From positions 23,906 to 87,905 of the forward strand of contig JAGXRZ010000040.1 in NCBI GenBank assembly GCA_018335585.1: a stretch of 64,000 nt of DNA, written 5' to 3'. The position numbers and the translations under genes are program-made. This DNA comes from Selenomonadales bacterium (lineage in GTDB: Bacteria; Bacillota; UBA994). The notes below the pieces were generated by a model, which ran no database searches, was not told the DNA's origin, and saw only the letters and a program-made list of their open reading frames with translations. The first letter of the stretch is position 1; each line of letters opens with the position of its first letter. Below, piece by piece: positions 10,925-18,530 of the stretch.

Positions 10925-11998
10925 TTGAAAAAATCCCAACTAATCGTCTACGTTGCTATTGCCTTGGTCACATTCCTTGTCGGGTACGCGGTGCGGCCGA
11001 TGATTGCACCTGTCGCCGAAGGGCCCGAGGCGCAAGTATTCAACTGGACGTTCCAGATGCATGGCACGTCTGCTCACCCTGCCTTCCCCATTTACCAACG
11101 GTGGGCTAAAGACATCGCGGAAATGTCGGGTGGGCGCCTAAATATAACCGTGCATCCGGTGAACACGGCCGTGCCGCTCATGGAGACGCTAGGAGCGGTG
11201 ACGGCTGGTACGCTAGACGGCGCAATTATGTGGGGGCCTTTCTGGCGCGGGGTCGACCCTGTACTCGCGCTCTCTTGCGGGCAGACTTCGGGGCTGACTG
11301 CCGCTGAGTTTGACGCGTGGCTACACAGCCACGGCGGACTTGCGCTCGTACAAGAGGCGTATGCGCGTCACAAAATTCACTGGTTGCCGGCCGTGCCGAT
11401 GCCGCCGGAGACTTTCCTGTGGGCGCACAAGCCCATTCGCACCTCGGCAGACCTGCGTGGTCTGAAACTGCGCGCCGGCGGATTCTCGCTTGACACATTT
11501 ACCGCCATGGGCGCTGCAGCCTCCTTCCTTCCCGGGGGCGAGACTCCTCCGGCGCTGATGAAGAAGGTAGTAGATGCCGCCGAGTTTGGCGCATTGGTGC
11601 AAGACATAGCAGTAGGCTTCCACGACGCCGCTAAGTATGCCATGGTCGGCCCGCGCGCGCCGGTCATCTCAGATGACGTCATGATTAACATGGACAAATG
11701 GAACGCGCTCCCGCCGGACCTGCAAGGCATCGTCAACGCTTCCCTAGCCCGTCATGCTACCATAGGGTATATGGAGCTTTTACGGCAGGAAAAGCAGGCC
11801 ATGCAAACGGCTCTAGGTGCCGGAGTACGATTTATCCCTGTCTCCGAGGCGTTAATGAACGAGTTCCGCACCACGTTGGACGGTATTCTCGATACCCAAG
11901 CCGCGACTAACGCCAACTTTGCTAAAATATGGACTTCACTACGCGCCTTCCGCGACGACTATCGCGACTTTACGGAAACCTTGTATCCTTGGAACTAA
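10925..11998 (+). CDS. dctP: TRAP transporter solute-binding protein (DctP family), N-terminally membrane anchored
   Basis: Single N-terminal hydrophobic segment then DctP-family SBP domain; TTG 10925 sits 10 nt after GGAGG (ORF opens at 10916). Confidence 0.7.
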   Translation: MKKSQLIVYVAIALVTFLVGYAVRPMIAPVAEGPEAQVFNWTFQMHGTSAHPAFPIYQRWAKDIAEMSGGRLNITVHPVNTAVPLMETLGAVTAGTLDGAIMWGPFWRGVDPVLALSCGQTSGLTAAEFDAWLHSHGGLALVQEAYARHKIHWLPAVPMPPETFLWAHKPIRTSADLRGLKLRAGGFSLDTFTAMGAAASFLPGGETPPALMKKVVDAAEFGALVQDIAVGFHDAAKYAMVGPRAPVISDDVMINMDKWNALPPDLQGIVNASLARHATIGYMELLRQEKQAMQTALGAGVRFIPVSEALMNEFRTTLDGILDTQAATNANFAKIWTSLRAFRDDYRDFTETLYPWN

Positions 11999-12020
11999 GC
12001 TCTAGGCATTTCTTTGTGGC

Positions 12021-12066
12021 AAAAGAGCGGGTCCCACCGGGACGCCGCTCTTTGCTCTGTTTTTGC
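12021..12066 (+). terminator. Rho-independent terminator after dctP
   Basis: aaagagcgg...ccgctcttt long stem (inner gtccc/gggac) followed by gctctgttttt. Confidence 0.7.
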
Positions 12067-12119
12067 GGGCTCTCCGTTTTCCGCCTTCCTCTTTCCTCCT
12101 CCGCTCGGGGCCGTAAGCT

Positions 12120-12182
12120 GTGAGTTGTGAGTTGTGAGTTATGAGTTGCGAGTTGTGAGTTGTGAGTTGTGAGTTGTGAGCC
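12120..12182. repeat. Heptamer tandem-repeat locus B: [GTGAGTT]x9
   Basis: gtgagtt x3, atgagtt, gcgagtt, gtgagtt x3, gtgagcc; preceded by a CT-rich tract; immediately upstream of the fur-family promoter. Confidence 0.9.
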
Positions 12183-12191
12183 GTAACCTGT

Positions 12192-12243
12192 CCTTGACAT
12201 GTGTGCTTCTACATGACATAATCTTGACTGAACAGTAACTGTT
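12192..12243 (+). promoter_or_regulatory. Sigma-A-type promoter (TTGACA-17-CATAAT) with 6-1-6 palindrome AACAGTaACTGTT at the transcription start
   Basis: ttgacatgtgtgcttctacatgacataat followed by aacagtaactgtt; its position fits an autoregulatory Fur-family operator. Confidence 0.5.
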
Positions 12244-12266
12244 ACTAAAAAAATGAGGTGGCTATG

Positions 12267-12680
12267 ATGAGCGGTATGGTGCAAACGCTGCGAGAGAAAG
12301 GCCTGAAGGTGACGCCGCAACGCATGGCCATCTATAACATGCTTATGGCGACGACAGCGCATCCCACGGCAGAGGCAGTGTGGGAGCACGTCAAGGAGGA
12401 ATACCCAGCAGTGAGTTTTAACACCGTCTATACGACCTTAAACACCCTAGAGCAGGCGGGGCTCGTACAGCGCCTGCACATCGGCGGCGTCGCGCACTTT
12501 GACGCCAAGGTGCAGCCGCACGCTCACCTCTACTGTAACCACTGCGGCTTCGTAGAAGATCACCATGCCTTTATCGGTGTAGACTACGAAGATGTCGCGC
12601 GTCAGGTCAACGCCCAAACCGGCTTTGCCGTAGGACGCTTAGAGCTCAACTTCTACGGTTTGTGTCGGGAGTGTATGTAG
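12267..12680 (+). CDS. Fur-family metal-responsive transcriptional regulator (Fur/PerR/Zur type)
   Basis: Winged-helix N-terminus (VTPQRMAIY), C-terminal CxxC pairs (YCNHCGF and LCRECM); GAGGTGG RBS before ATG 12267 (ORF opens at GTG 12258). Confidence 0.8.
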   Translation: MSGMVQTLREKGLKVTPQRMAIYNMLMATTAHPTAEAVWEHVKEEYPAVSFNTVYTTLNTLEQAGLVQRLHIGGVAHFDAKVQPHAHLYCNHCGFVEDHHAFIGVDYEDVARQVNAQTGFAVGRLELNFYGLCRECM

Positions 12681-12686
12681 GTTTGT

Positions 12687-14822
12687 CTACATCCCCTTCA
12701 TCGACAGGCCGATGCGTTTGCGCTTTAGGTCAACGCTGAGAATCCTTACTTTTACTACATCGCCGACAGATAGGGCCTCGGACGGGTGCTTAATGTACTT
12801 GTCGCTTATCTCCGAGATATGCACTAGGCCGTCCTGCTTAACACCGATGTCTACAAACGCGCCGAAATCTATGACGTTGCGCACTACGCCGCTTAGCACC
12901 ATGCCCTCGGCGAGGTCTTCCATTTGCAGCACGTCGCTGCGAAACACGGGCCCGGCGACATCTTCGCGCGGATCCCTGCCCGGCTTTTTCAGGGCGTGGT
13001 AGATATCCCGCAGCGTGGGGAGACCGGCATTAAGCTCCTCTGCGGCTTTAGCGAGAGCCCCTTCGTTTAGCTGCACTTGTCCGGTGGTGAGCGACTCAAG
13101 GTTCCCTACAAGGCGCAAGAACTTCTCGGCTAGGTCATAGGATTCCGGGTGAACGGGCGTATTGTCCAGTATGTTTTTAGCGGCAGGTATCCTAGTAAAC
13201 CCTGCGCACTGCGTGTATGTGGCCGGGCCTAAGCGCGGCACTTTCCTTAGCTGCTCGCGGGAGGAAAACGCGCCGTGCTCGTCGCGAAACGCCACGATGT
13301 TCTTTGCCACCGTCGGGCTAACTCCCGCTACATAGCGCAAGAGCGCGGGTGAGGCGGTGTTAAGGTCAACGCCTACGCTGTTCACGCAGTCCTCAACTAC
13401 ACCCGTTAGCTTGCCGGCCAGCTGCTTTTGGTCGACATCGTGTTGGTATTGCCCGACCCCAATTGCTTTGGGGTCGATTTTTACTAGTTCGGCCAGCGGG
13501 TCGAGCACGCGGCGGCCGATCGACACCGCGCCGCGGAGGGTAACGTCTAAATCCGGCAGTTCTTGACCGGCTAGCTCGGACGCCGAGTAAACGGATGCCC
13601 CCGCCTCATTCACAATCGTATAGGACACGCGGAGATTATGCTCGCGGATTAGATTGGCGATAAAGTCCTCTGTTTCCCGGCTACCCGTGCCGTTGCCGAT
13701 GGCTATGGCTTGCACCCCATGGGTTTCTATCAGTTGCTTAACTAAGCGCGCGCCCCCGCTCCGGTCGTTTTGGGGCGGGGTAAAGTACGCCACGGCGGTG
13801 GCCAAAACTTTGCCTGTAGTGCCGACCACCGCCATTTTGCAGCCGGTGCGGTAGGCAGGGTCGATGGCGAGAAACGTCTTGCCCTTGACCGGGGCCAGTA
13901 ACAGCAACTGCTTAAGGTTCTGCCCAAACACCTTAATGGCTTGTTCCTCTGCTTGCTCGGTTAGGGTAGCCCTTAGCTCTCGCTCAATAGAGGGCAGCAG
14001 CAACCGCTTGCAGCCGTCGCGAATGGCGTCAACGAGGACCTGGCCAACTCCCGTCTGCGCGCCCATAAACCTTAGCGTCGCAACCTGATACGCCTTCTCC
14101 TCGGGATAGGTGAGCGTTACCTTGAGGACTTCCTCCCGTTCGCCGCGGTTAAGGGCGAGCACGCGGTGGGGCGGGATTTTGCGCACCGGTTCGCTGTAAT
14201 CGTAGTACATTTCGTACACGGATGTCTGCTCAGTGCCGATAGCTTTGGAAGCGATGCTCGCCTCCTGACGCAAGAAAGCGCGCACGGCTTCGCGTACGGC
14301 AAATGTTTCGCTCATGCGTTCGGCTAGGATGTCCTGTGCACCTTCGATGGCCGCCTCGACATCCAAAACGCCTAGTTCGGTGTTGACATAGGTCGAAGCA
14401 ACAGACAGAAGGCCGGCATAATCTAACCCGGGGTTAGCGGCTAGGTAGTCCGCTAAAGGTTCAAGGCCCTTTTCCTTGGCAATCGTCGCCTTGGTGCGCC
14501 GTTTGGGGCGGAAGGGCAGGTATATGTCTTCGACCTGCTGTAGTGTAGTGGCCCCGCGCAGGTTGCTTTCCACTTCAGGCGTGAGTTTGCCCTGCTCGGC
14601 GATAAGCCGCGCTACCTCTGCTTTGCGGGAGGCGAGGTTCTTAAGGTATGTAAGTCGCTCGTCAACTTCGCGCAGTTTAACTTCGTCAAGTTCCCCGGTT
14701 ACCTCCTTGCGGTAGCGGGCGATAAAAGGAATGGTGTTCCCCTCTGCTAGCAGCTTGTCTACGCTTTCTACTTGCTCGCGCTTAAGGCCAAGTTCATGCG
14801 CTATCTTTATGTGCAGATCCAT
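12687..14822 (-). CDS. tex: Transcription accessory protein Tex (S1 RNA-binding, YqgF/RNase H-like and HhH domains)
   Basis: 711 aa; C-terminal S1 domain (GMVLSGVVRNVIDFGAFVDIG), central YqgF and helix-hairpin-helix regions; convergent with the fur-family gene, 6 bp apart. Confidence 0.9.
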   Translation of the reverse strand: MDLHIKIAHELGLKREQVESVDKLLAEGNTIPFIARYRKEVTGELDEVKLREVDERLTYLKNLASRKAEVARLIAEQGKLTPEVESNLRGATTLQQVEDIYLPFRPKRRTKATIAKEKGLEPLADYLAANPGLDYAGLLSVASTYVNTELGVLDVEAAIEGAQDILAERMSETFAVREAVRAFLRQEASIASKAIGTEQTSVYEMYYDYSEPVRKIPPHRVLALNRGEREEVLKVTLTYPEEKAYQVATLRFMGAQTGVGQVLVDAIRDGCKRLLLPSIERELRATLTEQAEEQAIKVFGQNLKQLLLLAPVKGKTFLAIDPAYRTGCKMAVVGTTGKVLATAVAYFTPPQNDRSGGARLVKQLIETHGVQAIAIGNGTGSRETEDFIANLIREHNLRVSYTIVNEAGASVYSASELAGQELPDLDVTLRGAVSIGRRVLDPLAELVKIDPKAIGVGQYQHDVDQKQLAGKLTGVVEDCVNSVGVDLNTASPALLRYVAGVSPTVAKNIVAFRDEHGAFSSREQLRKVPRLGPATYTQCAGFTRIPAAKNILDNTPVHPESYDLAEKFLRLVGNLESLTTGQVQLNEGALAKAAEELNAGLPTLRDIYHALKKPGRDPREDVAGPVFRSDVLQMEDLAEGMVLSGVVRNVIDFGAFVDIGVKQDGLVHISEISDKYIKHPSEALSVGDVVKVRILSVDLKRKRIGLSMKGM

Positions 14823-14957
14823 AAACTACCTCCACAACAAAGTCTGCCGCACGGGCGCGGCACAGCCTATTATACCGGATTTTTGACACTTAGTCCGACT
14901 GAATAAACGGAGCCTTATATCCGTCCTGCCCAAATTTTAATGCACAGAGGCGGCCGC

Positions 14958-14986
14958 TTGACACGGGTAGGGCGCAATGCTATAGT
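14958..14986 (+). promoter_or_regulatory. Consensus-like sigma-A promoter TTGACA-17-TATAGT
   Basis: ttgaca cgggtagggcgcaatgc tatagt; drives a short leader that ends at an intrinsic terminator. Confidence 0.6.
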
Positions 14987-14992
14987 CGAGGC

Positions 14993-15146
14993 GAAAAGAA
15001 TAGTGGTCACGAGCTAAAGTGTGTCTAGGGTTCCGTAGCCTAAAGCTAGCCTGGACCGAGCGACACTAGCGCGTTGCGCTACACCGAAGGGATAAAAGCC
15101 CGGGCGGGGATGTTTTCTCGTAAACATCCCCGCCCGTTTTCTTTTT
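14993..15146 (+). ncRNA. Candidate structured leader / cis-regulatory RNA (~150 nt) upstream of the pur operon; class unassigned
   Basis: Bounded by the promoter above and a strong terminator (gggcggggatgttt...aaacatccccgccc + GTTTTCTTTTT at 15102-15146). Internal helices GUGUC..GACAC and UAGCGC-GUU-GCGCUA. Loop CUCGU is complementary to upstream ACGAG, suggesting a terminator/antiterminator switch. Confidence 0.35.
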
Positions 15147-15147
15147 C

Positions 15148-15528
15148 GCCAGCCGCCAGCCGCCAGCCGCCAGCCGCCAGCCGCCAGCCGCCAGCCGCCA
15201 GCCGCCAGCCGCCAGCCGCTGGCCGGCAGCGGAGCAGTGACGGGGTGGAAAGGTGGAAAGGTGGAAAAGTTAAAGGGGTAAGGGCTGTGAGCTGTGAGCT
15301 GTGAGGATAGGCTTTAGGCGTTAGGCGCTAGGGGAACGGGCTGTGAGCTTAAGCATTGAGCTGTGCACGAAGAGGAAGCGGATACCGCGGCGACGCGCTC
15401 TACTGGGCACTGAGCACTGGGCACTTCCCTACCAGGAGTCAGGAGCCAGCAGCTAGGAGCCCCTCGTCCTTCACGGAGCACGAAGCACGCTCCCTACTAG
15501 GATCCAGTAGCCAGTAGCCAGCCGCCCT
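15148..15528. repeat. Heptamer tandem-repeat locus C (~380 bp mosaic array)
   Basis: Blocks [GCCAGCC]x10, [GGTGGAAA]x3, [GTGAGCT]x3, [TAGGCNN]x3, [CTGGGCA/CTGAGCA]x3, [CAGGAGN]x4, [AGCACGN]x3, [CCAGTAG]x2; fills the whole interval between the leader terminator and the purB RBS. Confidence 0.9.
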
Positions 15529-15546
15529 ACAAAGGAGGAAGAACGA

Positions 15547-16839
15547 GTGATTGACCGCTACACCTCTCCCGCCATGTCTCGCCTGTGGGGCGCGGAGAAA
15601 AAGTTCGCGAAGTGGCTCGAAATTGAGATTCTCGCCTGCGAAGCGTGGAGTAAACTCGGCGTAATACCCGCTAGCGACGTCGACCTAATTCGCGCGCAGG
15701 CGAAGTTTAGCGTCGCACGCATCGACGAGCTAGAGCGCGAGACAAATCACGACGTCGTAGCCTTTACGCGTTGTGTCAGCGAATCGCTGGGGCCGGAAAA
15801 AAAGTGGGTGCACTACGGCCTTACCTCTACCGACGTTGTCGACACGGCGCTCTCTAGCCTTATCGTCGAGGCGCTAGACTTAGTAGCCGAAAAGCTCGGT
15901 TCCCTCCGCGATATCTGCGCCGCACAGGCGCGCCGCCATAAGTACACCCTCATCATGGGACGCACGCATGGCGTACATGCCGAGCCCACCACCTTTGGGC
16001 TAAAGCTTGCCGTATGGTACGCAGAAATCGAGCGTCATCTAGAGCGCCTTGCCGCCGCCCGCACGACTATGGCCGTTGGCAAGCTCTCGGGCGCTGTCGG
16101 CACGTACGCCAATATTGAGCCCTTTGTTGAGGAGTACGTTTGCACCCGTTTGGGCCTAACTCCGGCCAAAGCCGCCACTCAGACGCTACAGCGCGACCGC
16201 CACGCCTTCTTGTTATCTACTTTAGCCCTTGTCGGCTGTTCGCTTGAGAAGTTCGCCACCGAGATACGCGCCCTGCAAAAGACCGAGACGCGCGAAGTAG
16301 AGGAACCCTTTACCGCCGGGCAGAAGGGAAGCTCCGCCATGCCGCATAAACGTAATCCCATCATGTCTGAGCGCATCGTGGGCTTGTCGCGGGTTTTGCG
16401 CGGCTATGCGCTTACCGCCATGGAAAACGTAGCGCTCTGGCACGAACGCGACATCTCGCATTCCTCGGCGGAGCGCATTATTATCCCCGACGCCTTCCAC
16501 CTCCTCTACTACATGCTCGGTGTGCAGTGCCGCATCCTAGACGGACTTAACGTCTACCCCGAGCAGATGCGCGCGAACATGGAGCGCTCCTACGACCTTA
16601 CTTATTCACAGCAGGTTTTGCTTAAGCTGATTGAGTCCGGTCTGTCGCGCGAGGCCGCGTATGACCTTGTGCAGCGCCTCGCCATGCAGGCGTGGCGGGA
16701 AGGCTCTAGCTTTAAGACATTAGTCTTTGGCGAGCCCGAGATTACGGCACGCTTAGATGCGCCTACGCTCCTGCACTTGTTTGATATCTCCGCCCATACC
16801 AAGCACGTCGACACCATTTTTGCCCGCCTAGGGTTGTAG
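15547..16839 (+). CDS. purB: Adenylosuccinate lyase PurB
   Basis: 430 aa fumarase/aspartase fold with [11 protein letters not shown] signature; AAAGGAGGA RBS before GTG 15547. Confidence 0.9.
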   Translation: MIDRYTSPAMSRLWGAEKKFAKWLEIEILACEAWSKLGVIPASDVDLIRAQAKFSVARIDELERETNHDVVAFTRCVSESLGPEKKWVHYGLTSTDVVDTALSSLIVEALDLVAEKLGSLRDICAAQARRHKYTLIMGRTHGVHAEPTTFGLKLAVWYAEIERHLERLAAARTTMAVGKLSGAVGTYANIEPFVEEYVCTRLGLTPAKAATQTLQRDRHAFLLSTLALVGCSLEKFATEIRALQKTETREVEEPFTAGQKGSSAMPHKRNPIMSERIVGLSRVLRGYALTAMENVALWHERDISHSSAERIIIPDAFHLLYYMLGVQCRILDGLNVYPEQMRANMERSYDLTYSQQVLLKLIESGLSREAAYDLVQRLAMQAWREGSSFKTLVFGEPEITARLDAPTLLHLFDISAHTKHVDTIFARLGL

Positions 16840-16868
16840 ACAAGGGGATTGTAGACGAGGAGGTTAAC

Positions 16869-17588
16869 ATGGAAAAGCGAAAGTTGCTCTACTCCGGCAA
16901 AGCCAAAGAAGTATATGCCACCGACGACCCAGACTTGTGCGTAGTCTACTTTAGGGATTCGGCCACGGCGTTTAACGCGCAAAAGAAGGGCGAAATCGCG
17001 GGCAAAGGCGAGCTCAACAACCTAATTTCGGCCCATTTCTTCCGGCTACTTGAGGCTCACGGCGTAAAGACGCACTTCCTGAGCGTTTTAACGCCACGCG
17101 AAATGCTAGTGCGTCGCCTCGAAATCATTAAGGTAGAGGTGGTAGTGCGCAACGTCGCCGCCGGGTCGCTTAGCCAGCGGCTGGGGCTGCCGGAAGGAAC
17201 GCAGTTAGCGCAGCCGGTGCTCGAATACTACTACAAGGACGACGCGCTCGGCGACCCGCTGGTAAACGACTATCACATTCAGGCGCTAGGGTGGGCCTCG
17301 CGCGACGAGATGAATGAGATTGCGGCTACGGCGCTTCGCATCAACGACATCCTCCTGCCAGCGCTTAAGGCCAGCGGCGTCCTCTTGGTAGACTTTAAGC
17401 TTGAATTCGGGCGTTTCGCCGGACAAGTCCTCCTCGGTGACGAAATTTCCCCCGACACTTGTCGCTTTTGGGACGCCACTACCCAGGAAAAACTAGATAA
17501 GGACAGATTCCGCCGCGACTTAGGCGGCGTCGCGGAAGCTTACCAAGAGATTTATCGGCGACTTAAAGGAGGCAAGGCAGATGTATAA
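16869..17588 (+). CDS. purC: SAICAR synthetase PurC
   Basis: 239 aa, [16 protein letters not shown]... typical PurC N-terminus; GAGGAGG RBS. Confidence 0.9.
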   Translation: MEKRKLLYSGKAKEVYATDDPDLCVVYFRDSATAFNAQKKGEIAGKGELNNLISAHFFRLLEAHGVKTHFLSVLTPREMLVRRLEIIKVEVVVRNVAAGSLSQRLGLPEGTQLAQPVLEYYYKDDALGDPLVNDYHIQALGWASRDEMNEIAATALRINDILLPALKASGVLLVDFKLEFGRFAGQVLLGDEISPDTCRFWDATTQEKLDKDRFRRDLGGVAEAYQEIYRRLKGGKADV

Positions 17589-17832
17589 AGCAAAAATCTA
17601 CGTTACGCTGCGGCAAGGTATCCTCGACCCAGCCGGACAAGCCGTGCGAAAGGGCTTACACAGTCAAGGCTTTGGCTGTGTGCTGGACGTACGCATGGGC
17701 AAGTTTATGGAACTGACGCTAGAGGCAGGAAGTGAACGCGAGGCAAGTAGCCTAGTGCGCGAGACTTGCGAGCGGCTACTGGTTAATCCGGTTATGGAGG
17801 ACTACAACTTTACCCTTGAGGCTTTAGCATGA
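17581..17832 (+). CDS. purS: FGAM synthase PurS subunit
   Basis: 83-aa protein; position between purC and purQ, overlapping both. Confidence 0.85.
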   Translation: MYKAKIYVTLRQGILDPAGQAVRKGLHSQGFGCVLDVRMGKFMELTLEAGSEREASSLVRETCERLLVNPVMEDYNFTLEALA

Positions 17833-18530
17833 GGTTTGGCATAGTCGTCTTCCCCGGCTCAAACTGCGACCTCGACTGCTATCATGCCGCCAAAGAGGTC
17901 TTAGGACAACCCACGGACTACGTCTGGCATGAAAGTAGCGACGTTTCCGACTATGACTGCATTGTCTTGCCGGGCGGCTTTTCCTACGGCGACTATTTGC
18001 GCGCCGGCGCTATCGCCCGCTTCTCGCCCGTGATGCAGGCGGTAGCCGAGGCGGCGGAGCGCGGCAAACTTGTGCTTGGTATCTGTAACGGCTTTCAGAT
18101 TCTATTAGAAGCCGGCCTGCTGCCCGGTGCCATGCGTAGAAACGACCACCTGCAGTTTCGCTGTGAAACGCGCTATGTACGTCTGGAAAACAACCGCACC
18201 CCCTTTACTCATCTAGGTGAGGCGGGGCAAGTGCTTAGCTTGCCTATCGCGCATGCCGAAGGCAACTACTATATTGGGAGCGACGAGCTTTTGGAACTTA
18301 AGCGGCACAGCCAAATTGTGCTGCGCTATTGCGACCAAGCGGGCAACATTACGCCCGCCGCCAACCCAAACGGCGCACTCGAGAATATTGCCGGGATTGT
18401 CAACAAGCGCGGCAACGTCTTTGGCTTAATGCCGCACCCTGAGCGCGCCTGCGAAGCTATAACCGGCGGCACCGATGGAAAACTTGTCTGGGATTCAATC
18501 TTTAGGTGGTGGGAGGAGCGACATGCTTAA
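17829..18530 (+). CDS. purQ: FGAM synthase glutamine amidotransferase subunit PurQ
   Basis: 233 aa class I GATase with Cys (GICNGFQ) and His (HPE) catalytic residues. Confidence 0.9.
   Translation: MRFGIVVFPGSNCDLDCYHAAKEVLGQPTDYVWHESSDVSDYDCIVLPGGFSYGDYLRAGAIARFSPVMQAVAEAAERGKLVLGICNGFQILLEAGLLPGAMRRNDHLQFRCETRYVRLENNRTPFTHLGEAGQVLSLPIAHAEGNYYIGSDELLELKRHSQIVLRYCDQAGNITPAANPNGALENIAGIVNKRGNVFGLMPHPERACEAITGGTDGKLVWDSIFRWWEERHA

Noticed and set aside
11970-12389. Minus-strand ORF with QLATHNS repeats, and + ORF 61180-61545 with HNSQLT/TRDKRQ repeats
   Set aside because: Both are translations of heptamer arrays (GTGAGTT, CACAACT, CAAGCGA) and overlap terminators/promoters; no coding signal.
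14993-15146. Calling the pur leader a purine (guanine/adenine) riboswitch
   Set aside because: I could not find the conserved UAUA...GGGA...CCGUAAAU-type aptamer core; only promoter, nested helices and a terminator are directly visible, so it is left as an unclassified candidate.
15074-15304. ORF-track protein with AASRQPP repeats
   Set aside because: It is simply the translation of the GCCAGCC heptamer array in one frame; it overlaps the leader terminator and has no RBS.
15148-15528. Possible CRISPR array because of dense short repeats
   Set aside because: Units are 7 nt, contiguous, with no 25-50-bp unique spacers and no leader or cas genes; this is tandem microsatellite-like structure, not CRISPR.
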